The notes beneath the pieces are model-generated. The model searched no databases, was not told the DNA's origin, and saw nothing but the letters and a program-made list of their open reading frames with translations. Both the position numbers and the translations under genes were made by a program. Below, one piece after another: positions 16,047 to 24,673 of a DNA stretch of 24,812 nt. Source of the stretch: a virus (Duplodnaviria > Caudoviricetes); the IMG/VR virus record IMGVR_UViG_3300044300_004403, positions 1-24,812 of that record. The stretch is one strand, 5' to 3'. Within the stretch, counting starts at the first letter, position 1. Each line of letters opens with the position of its first letter.

Positions 16047-17587
16047 TGCCATTATTAGATTTACTTACGGGAAATGCATTTGAATTAGGAGTTACAACAG
16101 ATTCTTGGGGTAATTCTTTACCTAGAATACCTGGAATTCCTCCTAATGGAGGATGGGCTTCATACCCTAATGCTAAAAATGCAGGACAAAACCAAGTAGC
16201 ACATTCTAAAGCTATACTAAATTCTCAACTATCCCCCCAAAGTATATTTTCATACCAATTAAGTAGAGTAACCTGGGATGTTTCAGATACAGAGGCTAAC
16301 CCAACTTTTTTAGGAGATGGAATTGATCATAATAATGGAGGAATAGTAGATGGTCTTAGAAGAGGAGGATCAAATACATGGGATAATAGAGTAGAGATAG
16401 ATAATGATAGAATTCAGAATTTTTTATTATCTCCTCAAGGGGATCAATTTAGAATAAGACAAAAATTTCTACAAGCACTAAACCCTAGACCTGAAACACG
16501 AAACTTTAATTTAGGTCCTACGGGAGGATTTCAAGCTACAATAAAGGACCGTGATGTACAATATAAAAGACATGGAACAGTAGCAGAAGCAGCAGGATTA
16601 CCTAGTTTAATTGGAATGGGAGGACAAGCTTTAGTTGGTTTATTTGGAGATAGTGCTCTTGGAAATTTGGCTGGAAATATTGTAACTACTTTAGCAGGAG
16701 GGGATTATATAACTGTAAAATCTACTCAAGCTAGAGAATTTAATATGGCTTTAGGTCATCCTGGAAGACCTCAAAGACAATCTTTACTAGAACAAGCTGC
16801 TGATTTATTAGTAGGATCTAGTGGTCCACAACAGTATGATGTTAATGTATCAGCTGATGCAGATGGTAATTTTAAACCTATAGACACTACTACTTTAGAT
16901 TACTTAAATTATATAGATATAGTAAAAGCCCCAAATGGAGTAGTTGATCCTGTTTTAGAAGGGATAATAGGTAAAGATTTTGTTCCTTTTAATTTTGAAC
17001 CTATAGACCCAAATAATTTTGAAACATATGATATTATTGCTTTTAGAGCATTTTTAGATAGTATGGATGACCAATTTAATGCAGAACATAATGAAGTTAA
17101 ATATAATGGTAGAGCTGAATCTTTTTACACTTATAATAAATTTAAAAGAACAATATCTTTTAGTTTTAAAGTAGCGGCTCAAACAAGACACGAAATGAGG
17201 CCTCTTTATAGAAAATTAAACTATTTAGCAGCACAAACTGCACCTCATTATACTATGGAAGGTAATAGGATGATGACTCCCTATATGAGACTAACTATAG
17301 GAGATTATTTTTCAAAATTACCAGGATTAATGTCTACAATTTCAATTAGTTGGAAAACAGATTACCCGTGGGAAATTAGATTAGACCGTAATGATGGAGG
17401 AAGAGATACAGATGTATTAATATTACCTCATGTATTAGATATTACTTGTAATTATATACCAATTCATTCATTTACTCCAAGAAATAGATATGATATACCT
17501 TTTATTGGAATTAATGCAAAACATAGTACAGCTAAAAGCTTTATGGAAAAACCAATATCTGAAGATGCTTCAGACTTGCTTTCTTAA
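16046..17587 (+). CDS. Baseplate tube initiator/cap-like protein (gp48/gp54-like C-terminal domain)
   Basis: The C-terminal FRAFLD...YNGRAESFYTY..FKRTISFSF...PYMRLTIGD...PG...W...PWE pattern fits tube-fold initiators. Located between the tape measure and LysM genes. Confidence 0.7.
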   Translation: MPLLDLLTGNAFELGVTTDSWGNSLPRIPGIPPNGGWASYPNAKNAGQNQVAHSKAILNSQLSPQSIFSYQLSRVTWDVSDTEANPTFLGDGIDHNNGGIVDGLRRGGSNTWDNRVEIDNDRIQNFLLSPQGDQFRIRQKFLQALNPRPETRNFNLGPTGGFQATIKDRDVQYKRHGTVAEAAGLPSLIGMGGQALVGLFGDSALGNLAGNIVTTLAGGDYITVKSTQAREFNMALGHPGRPQRQSLLEQAADLLVGSSGPQQYDVNVSADADGNFKPIDTTTLDYLNYIDIVKAPNGVVDPVLEGIIGKDFVPFNFEPIDPNNFETYDIIAFRAFLDSMDDQFNAEHNEVKYNGRAESFYTYNKFKRTISFSFKVAAQTRHEMRPLYRKLNYLAAQTAPHYTMEGNRMMTPYMRLTIGDYFSKLPGLMSTISISWKTDYPWEIRLDRNDGGRDTDVLILPHVLDITCNYIPIHSFTPRNRYDIPFIGINAKHSTAKSFMEKPISEDASDLLS

Positions 17588-17604
17588 TTAATAAAATCAT
17601 AAAA

Positions 17605-17922
17605 ATGATAAATAGACTTAAATACATAAATCCTAGTAGAGAATTAAATCAAACAAAACCTTATTTTAAAAATTTAAAATATCCTAGGATTACTTTATCT
17701 ATAAAAGACATATACGTAACAACAACTATTGGTGATAGACTTGATTTATTAGCAGATCAGTTTTACAATGACGTAAGGTTATGGTGGGTAATAGCAAATG
17801 CTAATAGAGATATTATTAGAAGAGATAGTTTTGGCTTAAAACCCGGATTAGAAATTAGAATTCCCTCCAATATAACAAAAATATTATATGATTTTGAATT
17901 AATTAATAAAAATTCTTATTAA
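17605..17922 (+). CDS. LysM-domain baseplate wedge protein (T4 gp53/P2 gpX-like)
   Basis: GDRLDLLADQFYNDVRLWWVIANAN...LKPGLEIRIP motif. Confidence 0.9.
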   Translation: MINRLKYINPSRELNQTKPYFKNLKYPRITLSIKDIYVTTTIGDRLDLLADQFYNDVRLWWVIANANRDIIRRDSFGLKPGLEIRIPSNITKILYDFELINKNSY

Positions 17923-17924
17923 AT

Positions 17925-20900
17925 ATGGGATCCGTTGTAAGTAATACTATTAGAGGAGTTCATGAACCCTTTAAACCTTATGTCCAAGCACAACTCTATA
18001 TAAGAAGAGCAATTATAGGAGGGGGAGATCCAAGTGAAGAACCTACTATAGGAATTGAAATCGAAGACTTATCATATGAATCAGAAATAATAGGTCAAGA
18101 ATGGCTTCAACAACAGATTCAAAGCGGTATGTTTACTAGTGAACTTATGTTAGGTAGTAGTACTGGAATGATGAGTGAAATTAATGTATATGATCTAAGT
18201 GAAAATAGAGGTGAATTATTTTTTACATATACTACTCAAAAACAAGCTATTATAAGATTAGCTTCAGGAGTAGATGTAAGACATTCTGCTAAAAATCAAC
18301 TTTTAGAATCAGGAGAAAGTTATTTAGTAGGATCTAATTTAGCTAGGCATTATATTTTAGAAGGAGGGATTAAACCTATGGAAGAAGGACCCGAAGGAGA
18401 AATGGAATATATGGATTTAGATACATATGATGCTAAATTTGGGGATACTCCTAATAGTTATGGAGATAAAGATACACGTGGAAATCCTACTAGAGAATTT
18501 GGTGCTGTACCTATGCCGGGAATTGTAGATGCTCATATAAGAACAAAATCAGATGATGGATCTCTTAGAGAAGCACTGGTTAATTTTAAATGTCATAATA
18601 AAAGACAATTAGAAGTATTAGAAACTTTATATATGAGGCCAGGATATCCTTTATTATTAGAATGGGGATGGGATCCTTATATAGCTAACCCTGTACAAAC
18701 AACAGGTGCTCTTCTTTCAGGAGCTAAAAAAGAAACACAACGATATAATAAAACAGTTCTTGAAGCTTTTTTTGATCCAGGAATGGATTTTAATGATTTA
18801 AATAATTTAATATCATTAGTAAAACAAAGATCTTCAGGAAATTACGATGGGTTTATAGGATATGTTAAAAACTTTAGCTATAAAGCAAGAGAAGATGGAG
18901 GGTACAATTGTAGTACTGAATTAATGGCCCAAGGTGAAATTTTAGAATCTTTTAAAGCAAAAAAAGTAATAGTTAGTAAAGATGTTAATTTATCTAATTT
19001 AATAGAAGGAGAAGGTAATATAATAAAACAAGGAGCAACAGTTGAAGATTCTTTTTCATTTTATTTAAAAGCAATAAAATTTAATACAGATAAAGCAGGA
19101 GATGCAGCTTTTTTAAAATATATGAAAGCGGGAGAAACCTATTCAGAAGATAAAACCTATAAAATAGGAGAAAATGAAGAATCAATAACTATAAAAGAAC
19201 TTAATAGAGTTATTCCTGAATATCAAAGAGGATTTAATGATATTCTTGATATGTATCAGGATGTTCAAAAATTATCAGAATCACAATTAGAAAAAGATAT
19301 AAGTTTAGGAAACCCTGTAGAAGGACAAGGAATAAGAACTATGTTAGGAGGGACTATTCTAAGAGAAATAGCTAAATATGATGGTGAAACAGCATGGTGG
19401 AGTATGGGAGGTGATTTTACAGGAACAAATGTTAATAACCCCTTTACTACAGGAGGTTATAATTTTTTAGCAGGCTTATTTGGGTTTGAAGAAAAAATTC
19501 CTGAAATCCAAGGAAGTAAAGATTCAGGATATAGAAAAAGTGTTTATGTAAGATGGGATTTACTTTGTCAAATTATTAATCAATTATGTCAAGATGCTAT
19601 TAAAGATAGTAGAAAAACAAAATCAAGTAAAGCTCAACAATATGAAGAACAAGTAGGCCGAAAATTACAAGTTCCTATAGCTGAACTTACTTATATGGGT
19701 CCTAACCAAAAAACTGTATCAAATCAAAATTCATCTGCAGGATCATCAAAAATCCCCCCAGCTGATTGGATATCTGAAAATCCTGAAGGAAAATTTTATT
19801 TATCCTATTCACCTCCAGAATGTAAAGATAATGATCCTGCTTGTAAAGCTATTTTAAAACAACAAGCAGATGGAATGACAGATAACCATCATGCTAGATT
19901 ATTTGATGTTGAGGGCTATCATCCTATATTAGGTTCAAGTATTGATCCAGGAATATGTATAATGCCTCATGAACCTAAATTAAATATGATTGTAGCTGGC
20001 GGTATGACATATGTTGATCCTCAAGCGGATCTTCAATTAAATCCCTTAGTAGATACACCATACCCAGAATTACCAAATATACAAGCATATGAAACCTGGA
20101 AATCTCAACAAAAAGAATTAGTAAAACATAATTATGACCTTCTTTCTTCTTATGAAGGAGTTGCAAATCAAAGACACTCTATAGGATTAGTATATTTTAA
20201 TCTTAATTATCTATTAACAGAATATGAAAGTATGCGTTATAAAGTAGAATCTCAAATTGCAGATGAAAATAAAGACCCCAATCAAAAAACAAGAGTAAAA
20301 GTATTAAGAGATGATTTTTCTATGTTTGAATTTTTAGATAAAATATGGAAAGATGTAAGTAAAAGTTGTGGAAATTATTATAATTTTACTTTAACTACTG
20401 AACATGAAAGACCTCATGTAGCTAGAGTTATAGATAGAACTTTATCAGGTTATCCTAAAGGAGAAATGTTTAAATTTGATCCTCAAGGAAATTATTCCAT
20501 AACAAGAGATTTTGAGTTTTCTTCTAAAATAGATAATGATTTTGCTGATGTTGTATCTATAGCTGCTCAATCTCCTAGTTCAATTAATTCATTAGAAGCT
20601 ATGTCTTTTAAAGCTTTTCATAAACATATAAAAAGCAGATTTTCAGATGGTAGTGTAGACCACCAAACAGAAATAGCACAAATGGAAGAAGCAAAACAAA
20701 AACTAAAAAGAGACATTCAAGATTATAAACATATAGTAGAACAATTATATATTTTATTGATTAGAATCCAAACAGGTAATTTTGTTACTAAATTACCCTG
20801 GGAAAAAAAGACACCTGAAGAAAACCAATATATAGGTACCCAAACAGCAGTAAATTATCAAGCTAAATTAAGTGAACTATTAAATAGTATACAATCAAGA

Positions 20901-21821
20901 TACCCATTATCTGATCCTAGAGCAGGTTTATATAAATCTGAATCTTCATTAAATAGAAATGCAGTTATACCTTTAACATTTAGTATTAAATTAGATGGAA
21001 TATCAGGGATACTTCCTTTACAATTATTTCAAATAAAATCAAATAAATTGCCAGAAGCTTATAGGTCTAATAAAATAGCCTTTATAGTTTCTAAAGAAGA
21101 ACATAAAATAACAGCAGGACAGGATTGGGAAACCTCAATAGAAGGTCAACTAACTATGCTTAATAGTTATGATGGTATATTAGGAATAAATGAATGGGAA
21201 GTAGAAGACCACATTGAAGATTATGATGGGTCTACAGAAAATGAATTAGATGGAATAGAGGGAGATGAAGGATCTCCAATCCCAACAGGATATAATGGTT
21301 CAGGTTTAGCAAATCCTGTACATGATTGGCCTGCAGATCAAAATGATATATATTTTAGTTCACCTTGGGGTAGAAAGAGAGGTCCAAACGTAAGACATAA
21401 AGGAGTAGACATTGCAGTAGCATCAGGAACAGTAGTATATTCTCCAGCTGGAGGTACTGTTATGGAAGCATTTTTACCAGAAGATGCAGGTACAGGTTGT
21501 GGAGGAACAATGACTATAAAACATGATAATGGTATAAAAACTAGATTCTGTCATTTAAAAGAAGTGTATTGGACACAAGGACAAACTATAAGTGGCATTA
21601 TGCAAATAGGATTATCAGGAGGAGCAGTAGGAGATATTGGTAGAGGATCTTCTGAAGGTGCTCATTTACATTATGAAGTTTATGCTAATGGTACAGCTTG
21701 GGAAACACCTCTTCCTGATTGGTGGCCAGCTAATGTTTATACAGGAACTACAGATCCTGCACCTTTTATGGCTCAAGCAAATGTATCAACTTATGGTACT
21801 AACCCTTATGGAGACAATTAA
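17925..21821 (+). CDS. Baseplate hub-like protein with C-terminal M23 peptidase (1298 aa)
   Basis: N-terminal PMPGI...LREA.V.FKC...LYMRPGYPLLLEWGW...NYDGFIGYVKNFSY and late IPLTFSIKLDGISGI...HKI...WETSIEG hub-like motifs. The C-terminus has the M23 zinc motifs HKGVD and HLHYE. Confidence 0.85.
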   Translation: MGSVVSNTIRGVHEPFKPYVQAQLYIRRAIIGGGDPSEEPTIGIEIEDLSYESEIIGQEWLQQQIQSGMFTSELMLGSSTGMMSEINVYDLSENRGELFFTYTTQKQAIIRLASGVDVRHSAKNQLLESGESYLVGSNLARHYILEGGIKPMEEGPEGEMEYMDLDTYDAKFGDTPNSYGDKDTRGNPTREFGAVPMPGIVDAHIRTKSDDGSLREALVNFKCHNKRQLEVLETLYMRPGYPLLLEWGWDPYIANPVQTTGALLSGAKKETQRYNKTVLEAFFDPGMDFNDLNNLISLVKQRSSGNYDGFIGYVKNFSYKAREDGGYNCSTELMAQGEILESFKAKKVIVSKDVNLSNLIEGEGNIIKQGATVEDSFSFYLKAIKFNTDKAGDAAFLKYMKAGETYSEDKTYKIGENEESITIKELNRVIPEYQRGFNDILDMYQDVQKLSESQLEKDISLGNPVEGQGIRTMLGGTILREIAKYDGETAWWSMGGDFTGTNVNNPFTTGGYNFLAGLFGFEEKIPEIQGSKDSGYRKSVYVRWDLLCQIINQLCQDAIKDSRKTKSSKAQQYEEQVGRKLQVPIAELTYMGPNQKTVSNQNSSAGSSKIPPADWISENPEGKFYLSYSPPECKDNDPACKAILKQQADGMTDNHHARLFDVEGYHPILGSSIDPGICIMPHEPKLNMIVAGGMTYVDPQADLQLNPLVDTPYPELPNIQAYETWKSQQKELVKHNYDLLSSYEGVANQRHSIGLVYFNLNYLLTEYESMRYKVESQIADENKDPNQKTRVKVLRDDFSMFEFLDKIWKDVSKSCGNYYNFTLTTEHERPHVARVIDRTLSGYPKGEMFKFDPQGNYSITRDFEFSSKIDNDFADVVSIAAQSPSSINSLEAMSFKAFHKHIKSRFSDGSVDHQTEIAQMEEAKQKLKRDIQDYKHIVEQLYILLIRIQTGNFVTKLPWEKKTPEENQYIGTQTAVNYQAKLSELLNSIQSRYPLSDPRAGLYKSESSLNRNAVIPLTFSIKLDGISGILPLQLFQIKSNKLPEAYRSNKIAFIVSKEEHKITAGQDWETSIEGQLTMLNSYDGILGINEWEVEDHIEDYDGSTENELDGIEGDEGSPIPTGYNGSGLANPVHDWPADQNDIYFSSPWGRKRGPNVRHKGVDIAVASGTVVYSPAGGTVMEAFLPEDAGTGCGGTMTIKHDNGIKTRFCHLKEVYWTQGQTISGIMQIGLSGGAVGDIGRGSSEGAHLHYEVYANGTAWETPLPDWWPANVYTGTTDPAPFMAQANVSTYGTNPYGDN

Positions 21822-21833
21822 ATAAATTAAATT

Positions 21834-22829
21834 ATGCCTTTTTATCCAGCACATAAATTAACAATAAAATATACTCCAGGAAATGAGCTTATTAGAACTA
21901 ATTATCAACCATATGTAGGTAGTTATATACAAGCTAGTGATGGAAGACTTTTTGAAGGAGAAGATAAAAAAAGATTAGGATCTGAACTTTTTAGAAGCCA
22001 TGATGTAGATGAAGAAGGGTCTTCTTTTGGTGGATCAAAATATACAAGAAAATTTAATTATTTAAATAAACCTATATCAAAGCGTTTAGATAATGTTTTA
22101 AAAGTTCCATATTTTAAATCTTTTCCTCAAGAAGAAGATTATAAAAAAGGGTTTTACATAAGATATTTTACTAAAAGAATTAATGGGTCTAAATATATGG
22201 AAATTAGTGAAAAAATATATAATTCACTTAAATCTAAAGAGGGCAAATATGACCATAACTTATATATTATAGGAGAAATTAAATGGTATCTTATAGGAAA
22301 TATCATACAAAAACAAAATTCACAAGAAATATTAAAAAAACAAAATATTTACCCTAATCTTTTTAATCTATTTCCTATATTAGATGAATTTGCAAACCCT
22401 GGAAATATTATTACAGAAAACCAACAAACAGAAGGAGGAGAATTATATCGTGCTGATGGTTCAGAATATATAGGGTTATATCATATTCACCCTACAAATG
22501 GTCCTATGGTAGGACCAGTACATACTTCTATCCCTCATGATAAATTATATTATTTTGATCAACTTCCTGAACCTACACCTCCTACTATGCTTACTTGTTA
22601 TAAGTGTATGTACCCTTATACACAAGCTGCTACTGTAGCACATATTCAAGCTCCTATTACTAAAGAGGGATGTCCTGAAGGAACAATGAGTGACTATTAT
22701 GAAGCAGCTATGTCATGTTTTGATAGTGATTATAATGAAGGAGGAACAGGAGCCATTTCAACTGGAGATAATGATATTCACCAAACTTATTTGGATGAAA
22801 CTTCTGGTGATGGAGGAGGTGGTTATTAG
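21834..22829 (+). CDS. Hypothetical virion-associated protein (331 aa)
   Basis: ORF directly after the hub gene, with YTPGNE...YVGSY and P.EEDYKKG...RYF.K motifs, a second copy of the N-terminal motif and a Cys-containing acidic tail. Confidence 0.65.
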   Translation: MPFYPAHKLTIKYTPGNELIRTNYQPYVGSYIQASDGRLFEGEDKKRLGSELFRSHDVDEEGSSFGGSKYTRKFNYLNKPISKRLDNVLKVPYFKSFPQEEDYKKGFYIRYFTKRINGSKYMEISEKIYNSLKSKEGKYDHNLYIIGEIKWYLIGNIIQKQNSQEILKKQNIYPNLFNLFPILDEFANPGNIITENQQTEGGELYRADGSEYIGLYHIHPTNGPMVGPVHTSIPHDKLYYFDQLPEPTPPTMLTCYKCMYPYTQAATVAHIQAPITKEGCPEGTMSDYYEAAMSCFDSDYNEGGTGAISTGDNDIHQTYLDETSGDGGGGY

Positions 22830-22847
22830 TAAAATTTTTCGTATATT
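22819..22847 (+). promoter_or_regulatory. Putative early/middle promoter GTGGTT-N17-TATATT
   Basis: Just upstream of the polymerase ATG at 22853. Same TGGTT element and 17-nt spacing as the site upstream of the SSB gene. Confidence 0.4.
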
Positions 22848-22852
22848 AAGGT

Positions 22853-24160
22853 ATGTTTTACCTTATAGAAACCAATACACAATTTAAAATACTGCAAAAT
22901 AAAATAGCAAAATCATGCTATATAGATTATATCTATGGCAATGATAATACCCACCCTGCTCTTGCAAAAATTATTGCTATATACATTTCTAATTTAGATG
23001 AAGATAAGGGCTATATTTTACCTATTAAACACCCAGAATGTATAAATTTACCAAAAGATGAGGTATTTGACTACATAAAAACATTAGAAAAAATTTACGT
23101 TTTAGATAAAAAAGCCGCTTTACATGCGAACCTTTTAAAATCTTATACGGATATACAATACAAATACTACTACACAAAAAATGAGCCATTTCCAAATGAA
23201 TTTAACACACAAGCTCATACGTATTTTTACCGTAAATTCCCACAGATAAAGGTAAATAAAATAATACCTATTGGTAAACACTATGAGCGTTGCCAAGAAA
23301 GAAAACGTGCGCTTACGCCGTGGTTTCACGTTAATGTAGGAAATATGTTTGATGAAAAAATTATTCCTAGTTTATACTTGTTAGAAAAAAATTCACTACA
23401 AATTAACGATAAATTTGACAATCATCATAACCCAAAATATAAAAGACATTCTGTACAAGATAATAATATATACGGATGGTATAATCCATACACTACAACC
23501 GGAAGACCTGTAAATAATTTTAATGGAATAAATTTTGTAGGATTAAAACACGGTACTGGAGAACGTGATTGTTTTGAACCTAAAAATGATTATTTTGTAG
23601 AAATGGATTATGATAGTTTTCATCCTTATTTAATAGCAAATATGGTAGGATATAACTTTGAAGACTATCCCTACCATGAATTAGCTAAATTATATTTTAA
23701 TACAAACGATCCAACACCAAGTCAATATAAAGAAAGTAAAATTTTAACTTTTAAACAAATATATGGAGGTGTTAATAAAAAATATTTACATCATCCTTTC
23801 TTTAAGGGTATACAAAAATATACTAATGAAAAATGGAATGAATTTCAAGAACGTGGTTATATAGTAAATTATTGTTCTAAACAAATTAAAAAAGAAAATC
23901 ATAAAGAAATGACTAAAGCTAAGTTATTTAATTACTTAATCCAAGCTAAAGAAACAGACCAAAATATGCATACATTAAGTGTTATACATACTGCATTAAA
24001 AGGTTATAAAACTAAAGTAGTCTTATATAATTATGATGCGTTTGTTTTTGATTTTTGTGACGCAGAATATGATAGTCTTTTTAAGACATTAGAACATATA
24101 GTTAGTAGGGATTATCCTATAAGTATAAAGAAAGGAATTCATTATGGGGTTTTACAATAA
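22853..24160 (+). CDS. Short divergent family A DNA polymerase-like protein (435 aa)
   Basis: TTTGR, motif A EMDYDSFHP, motif B KILTFKQIYG, FNYLIQ and motif C LYNYDAFVFD appear in Pol I order. The N-terminus is a degenerate 3'-5' exonuclease-like region. Confidence 0.85.
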   Translation: MFYLIETNTQFKILQNKIAKSCYIDYIYGNDNTHPALAKIIAIYISNLDEDKGYILPIKHPECINLPKDEVFDYIKTLEKIYVLDKKAALHANLLKSYTDIQYKYYYTKNEPFPNEFNTQAHTYFYRKFPQIKVNKIIPIGKHYERCQERKRALTPWFHVNVGNMFDEKIIPSLYLLEKNSLQINDKFDNHHNPKYKRHSVQDNNIYGWYNPYTTTGRPVNNFNGINFVGLKHGTGERDCFEPKNDYFVEMDYDSFHPYLIANMVGYNFEDYPYHELAKLYFNTNDPTPSQYKESKILTFKQIYGGVNKKYLHHPFFKGIQKYTNEKWNEFQERGYIVNYCSKQIKKENHKEMTKAKLFNYLIQAKETDQNMHTLSVIHTALKGYKTKVVLYNYDAFVFDFCDAEYDSLFKTLEHIVSRDYPISIKKGIHYGVLQ

Positions 24161-24195
24161 ATTTATATTTATATTCGGAGTAACCCAATGATTTT

Positions 24196-24591
24196 ATGAA
24201 CAATCGTTTATATTGTACGTTCGTTGAAGCTAACGAAATAAAAGAAACATCTGAAAAGATACAATCTTCTTACAAAGTTCTCTTTGATAAAATTTTTGTT
24301 TTAGAAAGCTTGGATGGGGATAAAGTTATGCTTACGTATAATGTTGATTTGGGTAATTCAAATGGTGAATTTGCAATTGGTAATACAATTTTAGTTCATC
24401 GTAAAAAACAAACAAATACTCTTTATACTATAAACGCTTTAAACGAGCTTATAAAGAGTTTAAATAATGGGGTTTTAGATAAATCATATTCCATAAATTG
24501 GAATGATTATAAAAATTGTATTTTATTAGTACAAGCAGATGGTTATAAAAAAATAGACACTAAGATTAAAGAAATCATTAATCTTTCTTAA
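24196..24591 (+). CDS. Hypothetical phage protein (131 aa) between the polymerase and SSB genes
   Basis: Clean ORF with LYCTF...HRKKQTNTLYTINALNELIK...NNGVLD, preceded by a TATATTTATA motif. Confidence 0.75.
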   Translation: MNNRLYCTFVEANEIKETSEKIQSSYKVLFDKIFVLESLDGDKVMLTYNVDLGNSNGEFAIGNTILVHRKKQTNTLYTINALNELIKSLNNGVLDKSYSINWNDYKNCILLVQADGYKKIDTKIKEIINLS

Positions 24592-24599
24592 TAAAAAAT

Positions 24600-24637
24600 T
24601 TGGTTTATTAAAAGAGACTTTATACAATGTATAAAGT
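24600..24637 (+). promoter_or_regulatory. Putative promoter TTGGTT-N17-TACAAT overlapped by a 21-bp palindrome
   Basis: TTGGTT at 24600-24605 and TACAAT at 24623-24628. ACTTTATACA-A-TGTATAAAGT spans 24617-24637. Confidence 0.55.
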
Positions 24638-24673
24638 ATAGAATTATTATATAAATATATTAAAAAGAATCGT

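Larger units (their letters stand above)
5422..24173 (+). promoter_or_regulatory. Recurring intergenic motif ATAT(T/G)TAT, putative late promoter (9 sites)
   Basis: Sites at 5422-5430, 6842-6850, 7197-7206, 7262-7271, 10276-10285, 11597-11606, 12654-12662, 14839-14848 and 24164-24173. All lie at gene boundaries upstream of ATGs, and two directly follow terminators. Confidence 0.7.

Noticed and set aside
7311-21821. Bacterial extracellular contractile injection system or tailocin
   Set aside because: No Afp15-like AAA ATPase or host genes are seen, and the cluster runs directly into phage-type polymerase and gp32-like SSB genes.
7178-22832. Stop-codon reassignment (TAG or TGA), as in some large phages
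   Set aside because: Genes are intact under code 11. Reading through the TAG stops at 7180, 12388 and 22829 meets another stop within about a dozen codons.
21637-22887. Alternative-frame + strand ORFs 21637-21825 and 22690-22887
   Set aside because: They lie almost entirely inside longer genes, have off-frame Leu/Met/Ile-rich composition and show no slippery site or motif.
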